Origin: Candidatus Doudnabacteria bacterium RIFCSPHIGHO2_02_FULL_42_25 | Lineage (GTDB): Bacteria; Patescibacteriota; Doudnabacteria; UBA920; O2-02-FULL-48-8 | Length of the DNA stretch: 64,000 nucleotides | Assembly (NCBI GenBank): GCA_001777665.1 | Contig: MFEQ01000006.1 | Coordinates: 128,880 to 192,879 of the forward strand | Reading direction: 5' to 3' | Shown: in pieces, positions 45,466-54,846 of the stretch | Numbering within the stretch: position 1 is the first letter of the stretch | Layout: each line of letters opens with the position of its first letter | The notes under the pieces: generated by a model | Database searches by the model: none | The model's input: only the letters and a program-made list of their open reading frames with translations | What the model was told of the DNA's origin: nothing | Position numbers and translations under genes: made by a program

Positions 45466-47679
45466 TTAGTGCCTGGCGAGGTGTCTACCGCCACCGTTAT
45501 GTCTCGGACCCCCATGACCATTATCTCTTGGAGGTCTTGGGCGATCGTCAAATGTTCCGCCTTCTGGTTTCGACAATAAAATTTTCCGTGAAAGATTAAC
45601 TCTGCCCATGTGATCAATTTCGATAACTTTAACTTCAATTTCATCCCCGACATTGACCACATCTTCCACTCGGCCTACTCGATGCCATTCCAATTCTGAA
45701 ATATGCACCAAACCTTCATGACCCGGCACGAGTTCGACGAAAGCGCCGAAATCCATGATCCTGGAAACCTTGCCTTTAAAAACTTCACCAACTTTAATTT
45801 CCCGAGTGAGATCCTCAATCCATTTCAGAGCTTTTTTCATTCCTTCTGCGTCATTAGATGCAACCATAACTAATCCAGAATCTTCAATATCAATCTTCAC
45901 TCCAGTTTCAGCAATGATTTTGTTGATGATTTTGCCGCCAGTACCGATGACATCGCGAATTTTATCTGGATTAATCTGCATAGTCACGATTCGTGGAGCC
46001 AGTGGTGACATTTCTGTCCTTGGTTCAGCGATAGCGCTCTTCATCACAGATATAATATGCATCCGGCCTTCTTTGGCCTGGATTAAGGCTTTCTCCATGA
46101 TCTCCACGGTTAAGCCTTTGGCTTTGATGTCCATTTGCAGTGCGGTAATTCCTTTTTCTGATCCAGTGACTTTAAAATCCATATCACCGTTGGCATCTTC
46201 GATACCCTGGATATCAGTCAGGACTTTAAAGTTGCCTGATTCTTTATCCAAAACCAAACCCATGGCTACACCGCCAATAATTGCTTCGATCGGGACTCCA
46301 GCATCCATCAGCGCCAAGGTCGACCCACATGTCGAGGCCATAGAGGTCGAGCCATTGGATGACAAAACTTCGGATACTAATCGCAAGGTGTAGGGGAACT
46401 TTTCTTTTTCCGGTATCACGACTTCGACGGCTCGTTCAGCTAAAGCACCATGTCCGACTTCACGTCGGCCAGGGCCACGGATGGGAGCAACTTCTCCCAC
46501 AGAAAAACCTGGGAAATTGTAATGATGAATATAACGTTTGGTCGTACCCTCTGCATTGAAATCTTCCATCCCGTCTAGAATCTGGGCATCGCCTGCTGAA
46601 CCGAGGGTCACAGTAGTCAGGACTTGAGTCTCGCCACGATTAAACAGGGCAGAGCCATGAGTTCGAGGAAGGACTCCGACTTGAGCCGAGACTTCCCGAG
46701 TTTTATTTAAGGGGCGCATATCGACCCGTTTTTCATGATCGAGAATATTTTTACGGATAATTTTTTTCAATAACTTTTCGAAGGCTAACAAAATATGTTT
46801 CGCCGCATCAAGTTCAGTATTCCCGGCAAATGCTTCGGCTACTTCTTTTTCAATTTGTTCTCGGACAGTGTCCAGGTTTGTTTCGCGTTGTTCTTTGGGA
46901 AAGGTGCCATAAAGTGCGGTTTCGATTTTTTCAGTGTAGCCTTCTACTTTTTTCATAACCCCTGCATCGACAGCTAGCAAAACAACTTCGGCTTTCGCTT
47001 CACCCACTTGTTTCTGCAAATTGTTTTGTAAATCAATCAGAGCCTTAAGATGTGGCATAGCGAACTTCAAAGCCTCGGTCATATCTTCTTCCGTCACTTG
47101 TCCGGCGCCAGCTTCCACCATCATGATGTGCTCTCCAGTTCCAGAGACTACCAAATCCAAATCCCCATTCTTACGTTCGTCGTAAGACGGGTTGATTACA
47201 AACTCATTATTTACTCGTCCAACACGGACTGCAGCTATCGGCCCTTCAAACGGGATGTTTGAAATAGATAAAGCAGTAGAAGCTGCGTTGATAGCTAGAA
47301 TATCTGGGTCATTAATTTCATCTACTGACAATATCGTTGCGACGACTTGCACTTCATTCCGCATGCCATCTGGAAAGAGGGGACGGATAGAACGGTCGAT
47401 GAGGCGGCCTGACAAAATCGCTTCGTCAGTCGCGCGCCCTTCTCTTTTTATAAATCTCGAGCCTTTAATTTTACCAGCAGCGTACAATCTTTCCTCGTAA
47501 TCAACCATCAGCGGGAAATAATCCATTCCGTCCTTAATTTTTCCCATGACTGCTGTAGCCAGTACGACAGTATCGCCCAATTTTGCGAGCACCGAACCAT
47601 TGGCTTGTTTCGCCAAAACACCAGTCTCCAGAGAAAGTTTCTTCCCTGAGATATCACTTTCTACTTTTCCTATACCCAT
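45466..47679 (-). CDS. pnp: Polynucleotide phosphorylase with C-terminal Arg/Gly-rich tail
   Basis: Two RNase PH domains (GRLIDRSIRPLF), KH and S1 domains, tail DDRPRPPRDNGHGGPRHNGGGRHLARH. Start at MGIGKVESD (47679). Confidence 0.95.
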   Translation of the reverse strand: MGIGKVESDISGKKLSLETGVLAKQANGSVLAKLGDTVVLATAVMGKIKDGMDYFPLMVDYEERLYAAGKIKGSRFIKREGRATDEAILSGRLIDRSIRPLFPDGMRNEVQVVATILSVDEINDPDILAINAASTALSISNIPFEGPIAAVRVGRVNNEFVINPSYDERKNGDLDLVVSGTGEHIMMVEAGAGQVTEEDMTEALKFAMPHLKALIDLQNNLQKQVGEAKAEVVLLAVDAGVMKKVEGYTEKIETALYGTFPKEQRETNLDTVREQIEKEVAEAFAGNTELDAAKHILLAFEKLLKKIIRKNILDHEKRVDMRPLNKTREVSAQVGVLPRTHGSALFNRGETQVLTTVTLGSAGDAQILDGMEDFNAEGTTKRYIHHYNFPGFSVGEVAPIRGPGRREVGHGALAERAVEVVIPEKEKFPYTLRLVSEVLSSNGSTSMASTCGSTLALMDAGVPIEAIIGGVAMGLVLDKESGNFKVLTDIQGIEDANGDMDFKVTGSEKGITALQMDIKAKGLTVEIMEKALIQAKEGRMHIISVMKSAIAEPRTEMSPLAPRIVTMQINPDKIRDVIGTGGKIINKIIAETGVKIDIEDSGLVMVASNDAEGMKKALKWIEDLTREIKVGEVFKGKVSRIMDFGAFVELVPGHEGLVHISELEWHRVGRVEDVVNVGDEIEVKVIEIDHMGRVNLSRKILLSKPEGGTFDDRPRPPRDNGHGGPRHNGGGRHLARH

Positions 47680-47900
47680 GTATACCCTTTTTGTTTCCGC
47701 ATTTGTGCAAAGCACAGAAGTTGTAACAGTTGGTCAATATTTGGCCAACTAATACAGCCTCTTTGCTATCAGCACTCTACGGAATTAATTATTATTACTT
47801 CTACGAAAGTACGAATTCTCGAATTACGAACTGTTCGCCCGCCTGCCATGACGGCATGTCGGGCAGGTAGTTTCGCAATTTCGTATTTCGTAGAAGACAA

Positions 47901-48167
47901 CTACTTGTTTAACTTGAGCTTGTCCGTCAGCTTATCCCAGCGCTTTTCATCTTCGACTTTCAAATAGCGAAGCAGTCTACGACGATTGCCGACCATTTTC
48001 AGAAGACCTCGACGAGAGTGGTTGTCTTTTTTGTGCTCATTGAGATGCTCGGAAACTTTTTCAATTTCTCGAGTCAAAATCGCAACCTGTACTTCTGGAC
48101 TCCCAGTGTCGTCTTTGTGAACCTGGAATTTCTTAATAATTTGCTCTTTCTCTTTAGGAGTTAACAT
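47901..48167 (-). CDS. rpsO: 30S ribosomal protein S15
   Basis: [35 protein letters not shown]...[29 protein letters not shown]. Confidence 0.95.
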   Translation of the reverse strand: MLTPKEKEQIIKKFQVHKDDTGSPEVQVAILTREIEKVSEHLNEHKKDNHSRRGLLKMVGNRRRLLRYLKVEDEKRWDKLTDKLKLNK

Positions 48168-48260
48168 CTAGTTCCTTTCTGCACGAGTCAGCCAGAGATT
48201 AGCTAACCGTGGATTAATTCTCATTGATTCTAACATAATCAGTTTGTTTTGACAAGATAG

Positions 48261-49357
48261 TGTCCTGGTTCATATGATACCCTGCAATTGACTGGAAGAA
48301 ATTATGAGGGGCAGATACTCTGGTAGGACTATGACAACATATGGATATATCCTTCCTGGAGCAAGTAAGATTGCAAGATTAGCAACTAGTCTAAGCTCCA
48401 AAGCCAAACATCGAATTAAAGTCATTGACTGGTATAGAGCTCATGGCAAGAACAAAAGCTTAACAGCTAGGTATTTTGGAATGAACCGAGAGACATTGGA
48501 TATCTGGCTTGATCGGTTCAAGCTTCAAGGCATCAAAGGCTTGGAGGATCGATCGCATAGACCTAAACATTTAAGAACTACGAGCACGCCTTTGCCAGTC
48601 CAAGATGAAGTAGTCAAACTCAGAAAAGCTTTCCCGTATTACTCTAAATACAAAATCGTTCATTTGCTCTCAACGAAAATTAGTTCATCAACTGTCGGTA
48701 GGATATTAAAAAAGAAAGATTTAATTAATCCCAAAGTATCTAGAAAGAAAATTAAAGCAGCTAAGCACCCCAAGAAGCGATTTCCAAGGGAGTTAGTCGT
48801 AAATATGCCAGGAAAACTAATCCAAATTGATACTAAGCATCTGAGAACCTTTCAGGGAGTAAAGATCTACCAGTTCACGGCTATTGATGTTTTAACCAAA
48901 GTTCGAGTGCTTTGGGTGAGTACACATTTATCATCTGTCATGGCTGCAAAGTTCTTAAGGCACTGTGTTAGAAGTTTCCCCTTTAAGATCGAGAATATTC
49001 AAACAGACAATGGTTCAGAATTTAACAAACATTTTGACCGTTTGTGCCAGAAGCTTGGAAACACCCATTATTACATCGAGGCACACAGTCCCCAGCAGAA
49101 CAGCTACGTCGAACGCTCACACTTAACTGATGAGCTTGAGTTTTATCAGCAAGGTAACATGCATAATACTTTGGGCCAATTGCTTCCAAGGCTTAAGGCT
49201 TGGGAACATCAGTACAATCACCAAAGACCACATCAATCGCTCAACTACTTAACACCGATTCAGTATTTAAAAAAGTATCAAACTGAAACTTTAGCCACTA
49301 AAGATTACGTTGCATTACAAACTAACTAACTGTCGGATATCTATCTGAACCTAGACA
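48261..49357 (+). mobile_element. IS481-family-like insertion sequence with ~22-bp imperfect terminal IRs and 5-bp TSD (gatag)
   Basis: IRL tgtcctggttcatatgatacc (48261-) versus rc of IRR tgtctaggttcagatagatatcc (-49357). gatag at 48256-48260 and 49358-49362. Confidence 0.7.
48304..49329 (+). CDS. DDE transposase (HTH + rve integrase core)
   Basis: N-terminal HTH. Catalytic core IQIDTKHL...FTAIDVLTK...IQTDNGSEF...SPQQNSYVERSH (D, D, 35, E). Confidence 0.85.
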   Translation: MRGRYSGRTMTTYGYILPGASKIARLATSLSSKAKHRIKVIDWYRAHGKNKSLTARYFGMNRETLDIWLDRFKLQGIKGLEDRSHRPKHLRTTSTPLPVQDEVVKLRKAFPYYSKYKIVHLLSTKISSSTVGRILKKKDLINPKVSRKKIKAAKHPKKRFPRELVVNMPGKLIQIDTKHLRTFQGVKIYQFTAIDVLTKVRVLWVSTHLSSVMAAKFLRHCVRSFPFKIENIQTDNGSEFNKHFDRLCQKLGNTHYYIEAHSPQQNSYVERSHLTDELEFYQQGNMHNTLGQLLPRLKAWEHQYNHQRPHQSLNYLTPIQYLKKYQTETLATKDYVALQTN

Positions 49358-49416
49358 GATAGCTTTTCAAAACAAAATAAGCTATGCTTACGGCTCAGAA
49401 CAGAGGAGGAGTCACC

Positions 49417-50337
49417 GTGAAAAAGCTGGTCCTGCTTGTACTGCTAACGACTGCTGTGGGTACTGCGCACGCACAGCTCATTCAACCCCGGACGATTACC
49501 AACATAGAGGACTTATCACGAATCGGCGCCGAGATGCCGACCAACACCGAAACCTACGACGTTTACAAGGTCGGGGGCCGCTACCAAATCTACTACTTTC
49601 AAGTATCCTCTTTCAGTACGATGCTGGATTACCTGGGCCGGGTATTGCTCTGGAGCGATCTCCAAACTACCCAACTCAAGGGTCTGGGGGACGGCGTCAT
49701 CAACCAGCTCGACGACTACAACCATGATGGCAAGCTGGACGAAAAGGATGTCCTCTACGCCGTACTCGTTATATGGGGCGCTCGAGGACAAGCCGCTGGA
49801 GTCACCTACGATCTTGCGCATACCATGAAAGCGTTCAATGCTTACCTCGCGGCAGGAAGGACACTCCAGGTCTCTATGAGTCGAGCAGAAAGGTCGTTTC
49901 TCTCTGACCTCGAACGCTTCGGTTTGATCAAAGAGATCAGTGGTCAGTACGAAGTCCTGAAGCCGGCGTCGATAGTCATGGTCCAGCCACTCAATTTTTT
50001 CCGCGATCTGGATCCGAAGTCGGTCATTCTCCACGAGCTGAATCATGCAGTGGTTTTCCAAGAGCCGCGGTTCCGTCAGGCCGTAGCCGAAATATGGAAA
50101 ACCATGTTGCCGGCCGAGCAGGCTGCTATCAAAGAGCGCCTAGGTCGTATCGGACTCAATGTCGAGAACTTTGAACTGCTGACTGAGGAATTCGCTGCCT
50201 ATGCGGAAGAGGGGTTTACTGACTCTGTTCTCAATTCGTTCGGAGAACTAAACCTCATAGTGCCTTCGGCAACCCTGACACGTTTACAGGGAGCAGTAGT
50301 ACAGGCACTTAAGACCTTCAACGCCTTCGGTCAATAA
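49417..50337 (+). CDS. GC-rich secreted protein with HExxH zinc-peptidase motif
   Basis: GTG start with gaggagga SD. Signal peptide VKKLVLLVLLTTAVGTAHA. VILHELNHAV motif. GC-rich codon usage. Confidence 0.55.
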   Translation: MKKLVLLVLLTTAVGTAHAQLIQPRTITNIEDLSRIGAEMPTNTETYDVYKVGGRYQIYYFQVSSFSTMLDYLGRVLLWSDLQTTQLKGLGDGVINQLDDYNHDGKLDEKDVLYAVLVIWGARGQAAGVTYDLAHTMKAFNAYLAAGRTLQVSMSRAERSFLSDLERFGLIKEISGQYEVLKPASIVMVQPLNFFRDLDPKSVILHELNHAVVFQEPRFRQAVAEIWKTMLPAEQAAIKERLGRIGLNVENFELLTEEFAAYAEEGFTDSVLNSFGELNLIVPSATLTRLQGAVVQALKTFNAFGQ

Positions 50338-50456
50338 CGGATCTGCGTCTGAAAAATTCCTAGCCTGGATTCTTCGGACGTTTTTTTATTACTATTTTTC
50401 TGTTATACTTATGTCGTACAATATTGAGTTTTTCGTGATGTGCGAACATCTACTTT

Positions 50457-51422
50457 ATGCCAGAAACCAAATCAAAACTCCAAAGATATTACCAACAATT
50501 CCTGGAATATTTAGAAATCGAACGCAATCGATCGAAATTAACTTTGCGTAATTACGATCATTATCTGAAGCGCTTCGTAGATTTTTGCGCATCGCGCGGT
50601 GTAAATGATCCTGAAGATGTAGATTTAGAATTAGTTCGATCATTTCGACTTTTTTTAAACCGGATGACTGCCAAAGATAAGAATCTAAAAATCATTACCC
50701 AAAATTATCATCTCATTGCCCTACGCAGTTTTTTGAAATATTTAGCCAGACGTGATGTAAAATCTTTAACTGCCGAAAAAATTGAGTTACCTAAAACACC
50801 AGGCCGTACTGTGGAATTTCTGGATATCGATGACGTCGAGCGGCTCATCAAATCTACAGATGAAGAAAAAAGCAAACTCACTCGCCTACGCGACCGCGCA
50901 ATTTTGGAAATGCTTTTTTCCACCGGTCTTCGAATTTCCGAGCTAGTCAGCATTAAGAAAGACGGTTTGAACCTGAAAAGGGGGGAGTTTGCCGTCCGCG
51001 GCAAAGGCGACAAAATGCGTCTGGTCTTTCTCTCTCACAAGGCCATCGAATCACTGAATCAATACCTAAAAGAAAGAAAAGATAACTCAAAAGCCTTGTT
51101 TATCCGCCATGATGCCAAAGAATCAGTGGATAAACAAATGGAGTCAATGTCCGAATCCGCCAGCTGGCGGACTGGCTTAACACCCAGATCGATCCAGCGA
51201 ATTATAAAAAAATATGCGAAACTCGCTGGTATTACGAAAAAAATTACACCACATACTTTAAGACATTCCTTTGCGACAGATTTGCTAACCAATGGCGCTG
51301 ACCTGCGCTCGGTTCAAGAATTACTTGGCCACTCGTCTATTTCTACCACACAAATTTATACTCACCTTACAAATAAGCGTCTCCGCGACGTCTATGAAAA
51401 CTTCCACCGATTAGGCAAGTAG
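50457..51422 (+). CDS. Tyrosine site-specific recombinase (XerC/XerD-like)
   Basis: N-terminal SAM-like domain. Catalytic R...LRHSFATDLL...HSSISTTQIYTHL (R-H-R-H-Y). Confidence 0.85.
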   Translation: MPETKSKLQRYYQQFLEYLEIERNRSKLTLRNYDHYLKRFVDFCASRGVNDPEDVDLELVRSFRLFLNRMTAKDKNLKIITQNYHLIALRSFLKYLARRDVKSLTAEKIELPKTPGRTVEFLDIDDVERLIKSTDEEKSKLTRLRDRAILEMLFSTGLRISELVSIKKDGLNLKRGEFAVRGKGDKMRLVFLSHKAIESLNQYLKERKDNSKALFIRHDAKESVDKQMESMSESASWRTGLTPRSIQRIIKKYAKLAGITKKITPHTLRHSFATDLLTNGADLRSVQELLGHSSISTTQIYTHLTNKRLRDVYENFHRLGK

Positions 51423-51473
51423 GCTATACTGAAACCTACAAGACCTCACCCGAGGTCATTCACGGAGGCACTC

Positions 51474-51854
51474 ATGGTCGACACTCCCAGCGTCAGTCGC
51501 GCGGCAGCCGTGCAAAAAGTCGTGATCGTCAACGGCAACACCGAAGTGCTTGGAATGGTTGAGCCCATTCTGGAAGCCGGTCGCTACGACATGGTGTTCG
51601 TGGAAACCGATGAACATGCCTATTCGCAGATCAAAAAACAGCTACCGAGTCTCGTCATCCTCTGCACCCGCATCGAGCACCTCGACGGTTTCCAGCTCCT
51701 GACTATGCTCAAACTCGATCCTGCGACTAAGGACATCCCAGTTCTGACCTGCACCACCGAGCATGAGGGCCAGGACTTCGACACCGCCATTAGCCAACTG
51801 GCTGACGAAGAGGAAGACACAATCCCGAGTCAGCCAGCGCTGCGAATGAATTAG
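51474..51854 (+). CDS. GC-rich receiver-like (pseudo-receiver) domain protein
   Basis: CheY-like layout KVVIVNGN...VFVET...LVILCTRIEHLDGFQLLTMLK, but the phospho-acceptor Asp position is Cys and the acidic pocket is degenerate. Confidence 0.45.
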   Translation: MVDTPSVSRAAAVQKVVIVNGNTEVLGMVEPILEAGRYDMVFVETDEHAYSQIKKQLPSLVILCTRIEHLDGFQLLTMLKLDPATKDIPVLTCTTEHEGQDFDTAISQLADEEEDTIPSQPALRMN

Positions 51855-52084
51855 GGGGCCTATGAGACCCCAACCACAAGCCAGCTGGGCACTTTTCTGC
51901 CCACTGGCTATTCTTTTGGACTTTCAACCACTAATTTATAATATATAGGTAAGATAATTTGTAATATGAAAGGCTACAAAATGAGGGCAATTTGTCTTTC
52001 TTGCCACGTCCAAAAATTAACCATTTGTTCACGATCGTATATTAATGGTTAAAAACCAGAATACTCCGACGCTACGGATCGGAG

Positions 52085-52267
52085 TTATTTTTGCTTCGCA
52101 AAAATAACAAAAGCGCCGGGGACTATGCTGGGAAGAATAGTCCTCGAATTTTGGCCGCGTCGCTGAAAAGGACGAATAGCTTCTACGACTTTGTCACGCG
52201 AGATTTCGATGTCATCGAGATGGGTATTAGGAAACGCCGACTCGAGTACATGTGTCCAATCAGCCAT
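52085..52267 (-). CDS. Hypothetical small protein
   Basis: 60 aa ORF followed on the minus strand by hairpin ctccga..tcggag + T-run. Weak. Confidence 0.25.
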   Translation of the reverse strand: MADWTHVLESAFPNTHLDDIEISRDKVVEAIRPFQRRGQNSRTILPSIVPGAFVIFAKQK

Positions 52268-52349
52268 GGTATTCCTCCTTTTGGACTGATTCCTTATAAA
52301 AGTCTAGTACCAGATTGAAACCTTGTCTAGGGTCAGTTACAATAATGGC

Positions 52350-52994
52350 ATGAGTTTAAAAACTTATCACAAAAAACGAAAATTTAACGAGACACCGGAA
52401 CCAAAAGGTAGAGCTGTTAAAACAGCAAAGGCTTTACACTTTGTAATCCAAAAACACGAAGCAACTCGGCTGCATTATGATTTTCGGCTCGAGCACCGAG
52501 GCGTACTTTTGAGTTGGGCCGTACCGAAAGGTCCAGCTTTAAGAGTAGAGGATAAAAGATTGGCTATGATGGTCGAGGATCATCCGGTCGACTATATGAA
52601 ATTTGAAGGCACGATTCCAGAAGGGAATTATGGCGCTGGGACCGTCATGGTTTGGGATTTTGGGAATTATTTAGCGCTTGGAGCGGATTCATTAGCAGAA
52701 AGCGAAAAATTGATCAAAGCCGGGCTGAAAAAAGGAGAATTGAAATTTATATTGAATGGCAAAAAACTTCAGGGCGGATTTGCATTGATCAAAACTAAAT
52801 TTGGCGGAGCCAAAAATTCTTGGCTCCTGATCAAAGAAAAAGATCAGTATGTCAAAAATGTTGATGTGACAAAGAAAGCTAGGTCAGCACTAACTGGGAA
52901 ATCTATGACGCAGATATCTAAAGGCGATAGAATCTGGAAAAGCAATAAGAAAAAGCGTCTTAAGTTTATCGGCAGCGCCACGCGTATCGGTTAA
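52350..52994 (+). CDS. LigD 3'-phosphoesterase (PE) domain protein, stand-alone
   Basis: KRKFNETPEP...HFVIQKHEATRLHYDFRLE..GVLLSWAVPKGP LigD_N/PE signature. Start at 52350. Confidence 0.8.
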   Translation: MSLKTYHKKRKFNETPEPKGRAVKTAKALHFVIQKHEATRLHYDFRLEHRGVLLSWAVPKGPALRVEDKRLAMMVEDHPVDYMKFEGTIPEGNYGAGTVMVWDFGNYLALGADSLAESEKLIKAGLKKGELKFILNGKKLQGGFALIKTKFGGAKNSWLLIKEKDQYVKNVDVTKKARSALTGKSMTQISKGDRIWKSNKKKRLKFIGSATRIG

Positions 52995-53040
52995 CGTAAG
53001 ACGATACGCGCAGCGCCGACGAATAACGATTAACGCATTT
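52971..53040. repeat. GC-rich palindromic repeat element (copy 2) spanning PE stop to ligase start
   Basis: ggcagcgccacgcgtatcg-gttaacgtaaga-cgatacgcgcagcgc-cgacgaataacg-attaacgcattt. Inverted relative to 24664-24755. Confidence 0.6.
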
Positions 53041-53961
53041 ATGCGATATATCAAACCCATGCTAGCAACTTTAGTCAAAGAACCCTTCAATCGTGAGGGG
53101 TGGATTTTTGAGATCAAATGGGATGGCTTCCGTGCAGTTGCTGATATTAATCGCTCCGAAGTTCGGCTTTATTCCAGAAATTTTTTAAATTTTAACGAAA
53201 AGTTTCAGCCAATTGTCCAAGCTTTGCAAAAACTCAAACTCCAGGCAATTTTTGACGGTGAAGTTGTCGTCCTCGACAAACGCGGCAAATCGCATTTCCA
53301 GCTGCTTCAAAATTTTCAGGAAACAGGGGAGGGACAACTAACCTATTACGTCTTTGACATTTTAAGCTTGAATGGTAAAAATCTGATGACCACTCCCCTC
53401 CTGGAACGAAAAAAAATTTTGAAGAAAATTTTGCCCAAAAATAAGCTAATTAAGTACTCGGATCACATAGAAAAAAACGGGATTAATTTTTTCAAAATTG
53501 CGAAGAAAAGTGGGTTGGAAGGAATCATAGCCAAAGAAGCTTCAAGTCCCTATCGACCTGGAAAACGAACCCTAGAATGGCAAAAAATCAAGGTTCACAT
53601 GCAGCAAGAAGCTGTTATAGCTGGCTTTACCGAACCCCGGGGTGGTCGCAAAAAATTCGGAGCTCTAGTTTTAGGAGTTTATAACAGAGACAAATTAGTT
53701 TATATCGGTCATACTGGTGGTGGCTTTAATGAAGAAAGTTTAAATCTGATTTACAATAAGCTGAAACCGATAGTGCAGAAGCGATCCCCTTTTGATGTAG
53801 CTCCCAAAACCAATACCCCGGTAACCTGGGTCAAACCCAAATTAGTCTGTGAGATTACTTTCAGTGAATGGACCTCTGATGGGCACATGCGACAACCGAT
53901 TTTCCTCGGGATTCGACCAGATAAAAGTCCAAAAGAAGTAAAACGAGAAAGACCAATATGA
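53041..53961 (+). CDS. ATP-dependent DNA ligase (LigD ligase-domain type)
   Basis: Motif I EIKWDGFR (KxDG), ...YVFDIL..., OB domain. 306 aa. Confidence 0.85.
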   Translation: MRYIKPMLATLVKEPFNREGWIFEIKWDGFRAVADINRSEVRLYSRNFLNFNEKFQPIVQALQKLKLQAIFDGEVVVLDKRGKSHFQLLQNFQETGEGQLTYYVFDILSLNGKNLMTTPLLERKKILKKILPKNKLIKYSDHIEKNGINFFKIAKKSGLEGIIAKEASSPYRPGKRTLEWQKIKVHMQQEAVIAGFTEPRGGRKKFGALVLGVYNRDKLVYIGHTGGGFNEESLNLIYNKLKPIVQKRSPFDVAPKTNTPVTWVKPKLVCEITFSEWTSDGHMRQPIFLGIRPDKSPKEVKRERPI

Positions 53962-54845
53962 AAAAAGAAGTAAAATTATCCAATCTTAAGAAAATTTTTT
54001 GGCCAAAAGAAAAAATTACTAAGGGTGATGTGATTAATTATTATGAAAAAATATCTCCTTACATCCTCCCCTACCTCAAAGACCGACCAGAGTCCCTAAA
54101 TCGTCATCCAAATGGAATTAATGGAGGAAGTTTTTTTCAAAAAGACGTAGACCACATGCCACCGGCTTGGGTTAAAACCCAAAAGGTGTTTTCAGAGTCC
54201 ACAGATTCCGATATTAATTATCTGGTCTGCAATGATAAAGAAACCTTACTTTACATGGCCAATTTGGGTTGCATCGAAATCAATCCCTGGTTTTCTACAA
54301 CCAAACATTTAGAAAAACCGGATTATGCAGTGCTAGATTTAGACCCGGAAGAAATTGGGTTCGACAAAGTTATCGAGGTCGCACAGGCCACGCATAATAT
54401 TTTAGAAAAGTTAAAAGTCCTCAATTATTGCAAAACGTCAGGAGCCACTGGACTTCATATCTATATTCCACTGGGTGCGAAATATTCTTATGAACAAGCA
54501 AAACACTTCATCCAACTAATCGCAGCCCTCGTAAATAAAAAACTACCGGACATTACCAGTTTGGAGCGAAGGCCAGCTAACCGAAAGAAGAAAATCTATT
54601 TGGATTATTTACAGAATCGTAAAGGACAAACATTAGCAGCTCCTTATAGCTTGCGCCCGAAGCCTGGTGCTCCTGTGGCTACTCCCTTAGAATGGAGGGA
54701 AGTCAAAAAAGGATTGAAGCCCACAGATTTTCATATCAAAAATATTTTTACTCGATTAAACAAAAAAGGTGATCTGTTCAAGCCTGTGCTGGGCAAAGGC
54801 ATTGACCTATCGACCACCCTTAAGCGAATAGAGAAACTAAGCTAG
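53958..54845 (+). CDS. LigD polymerase/primase (PrimPol) domain protein, stand-alone
   Basis: ...LNRHPNGINGGSFFQKD..., LDLDP catalytic motif, ...SGATGLHIYIPL.... 4-nt overlap with the ligase gene. Confidence 0.8.
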   Translation: MKKEVKLSNLKKIFWPKEKITKGDVINYYEKISPYILPYLKDRPESLNRHPNGINGGSFFQKDVDHMPPAWVKTQKVFSESTDSDINYLVCNDKETLLYMANLGCIEINPWFSTTKHLEKPDYAVLDLDPEEIGFDKVIEVAQATHNILEKLKVLNYCKTSGATGLHIYIPLGAKYSYEQAKHFIQLIAALVNKKLPDITSLERRPANRKKKIYLDYLQNRKGQTLAAPYSLRPKPGAPVATPLEWREVKKGLKPTDFHIKNIFTRLNKKGDLFKPVLGKGIDLSTTLKRIEKLS

Positions 54846-54846
54846 A

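Noticed and set aside
45755-46393. 212-aa plus ORF inside pnp
   Set aside because: Antisense to the PNPase core domains, Ser/Ile-rich, low complexity.
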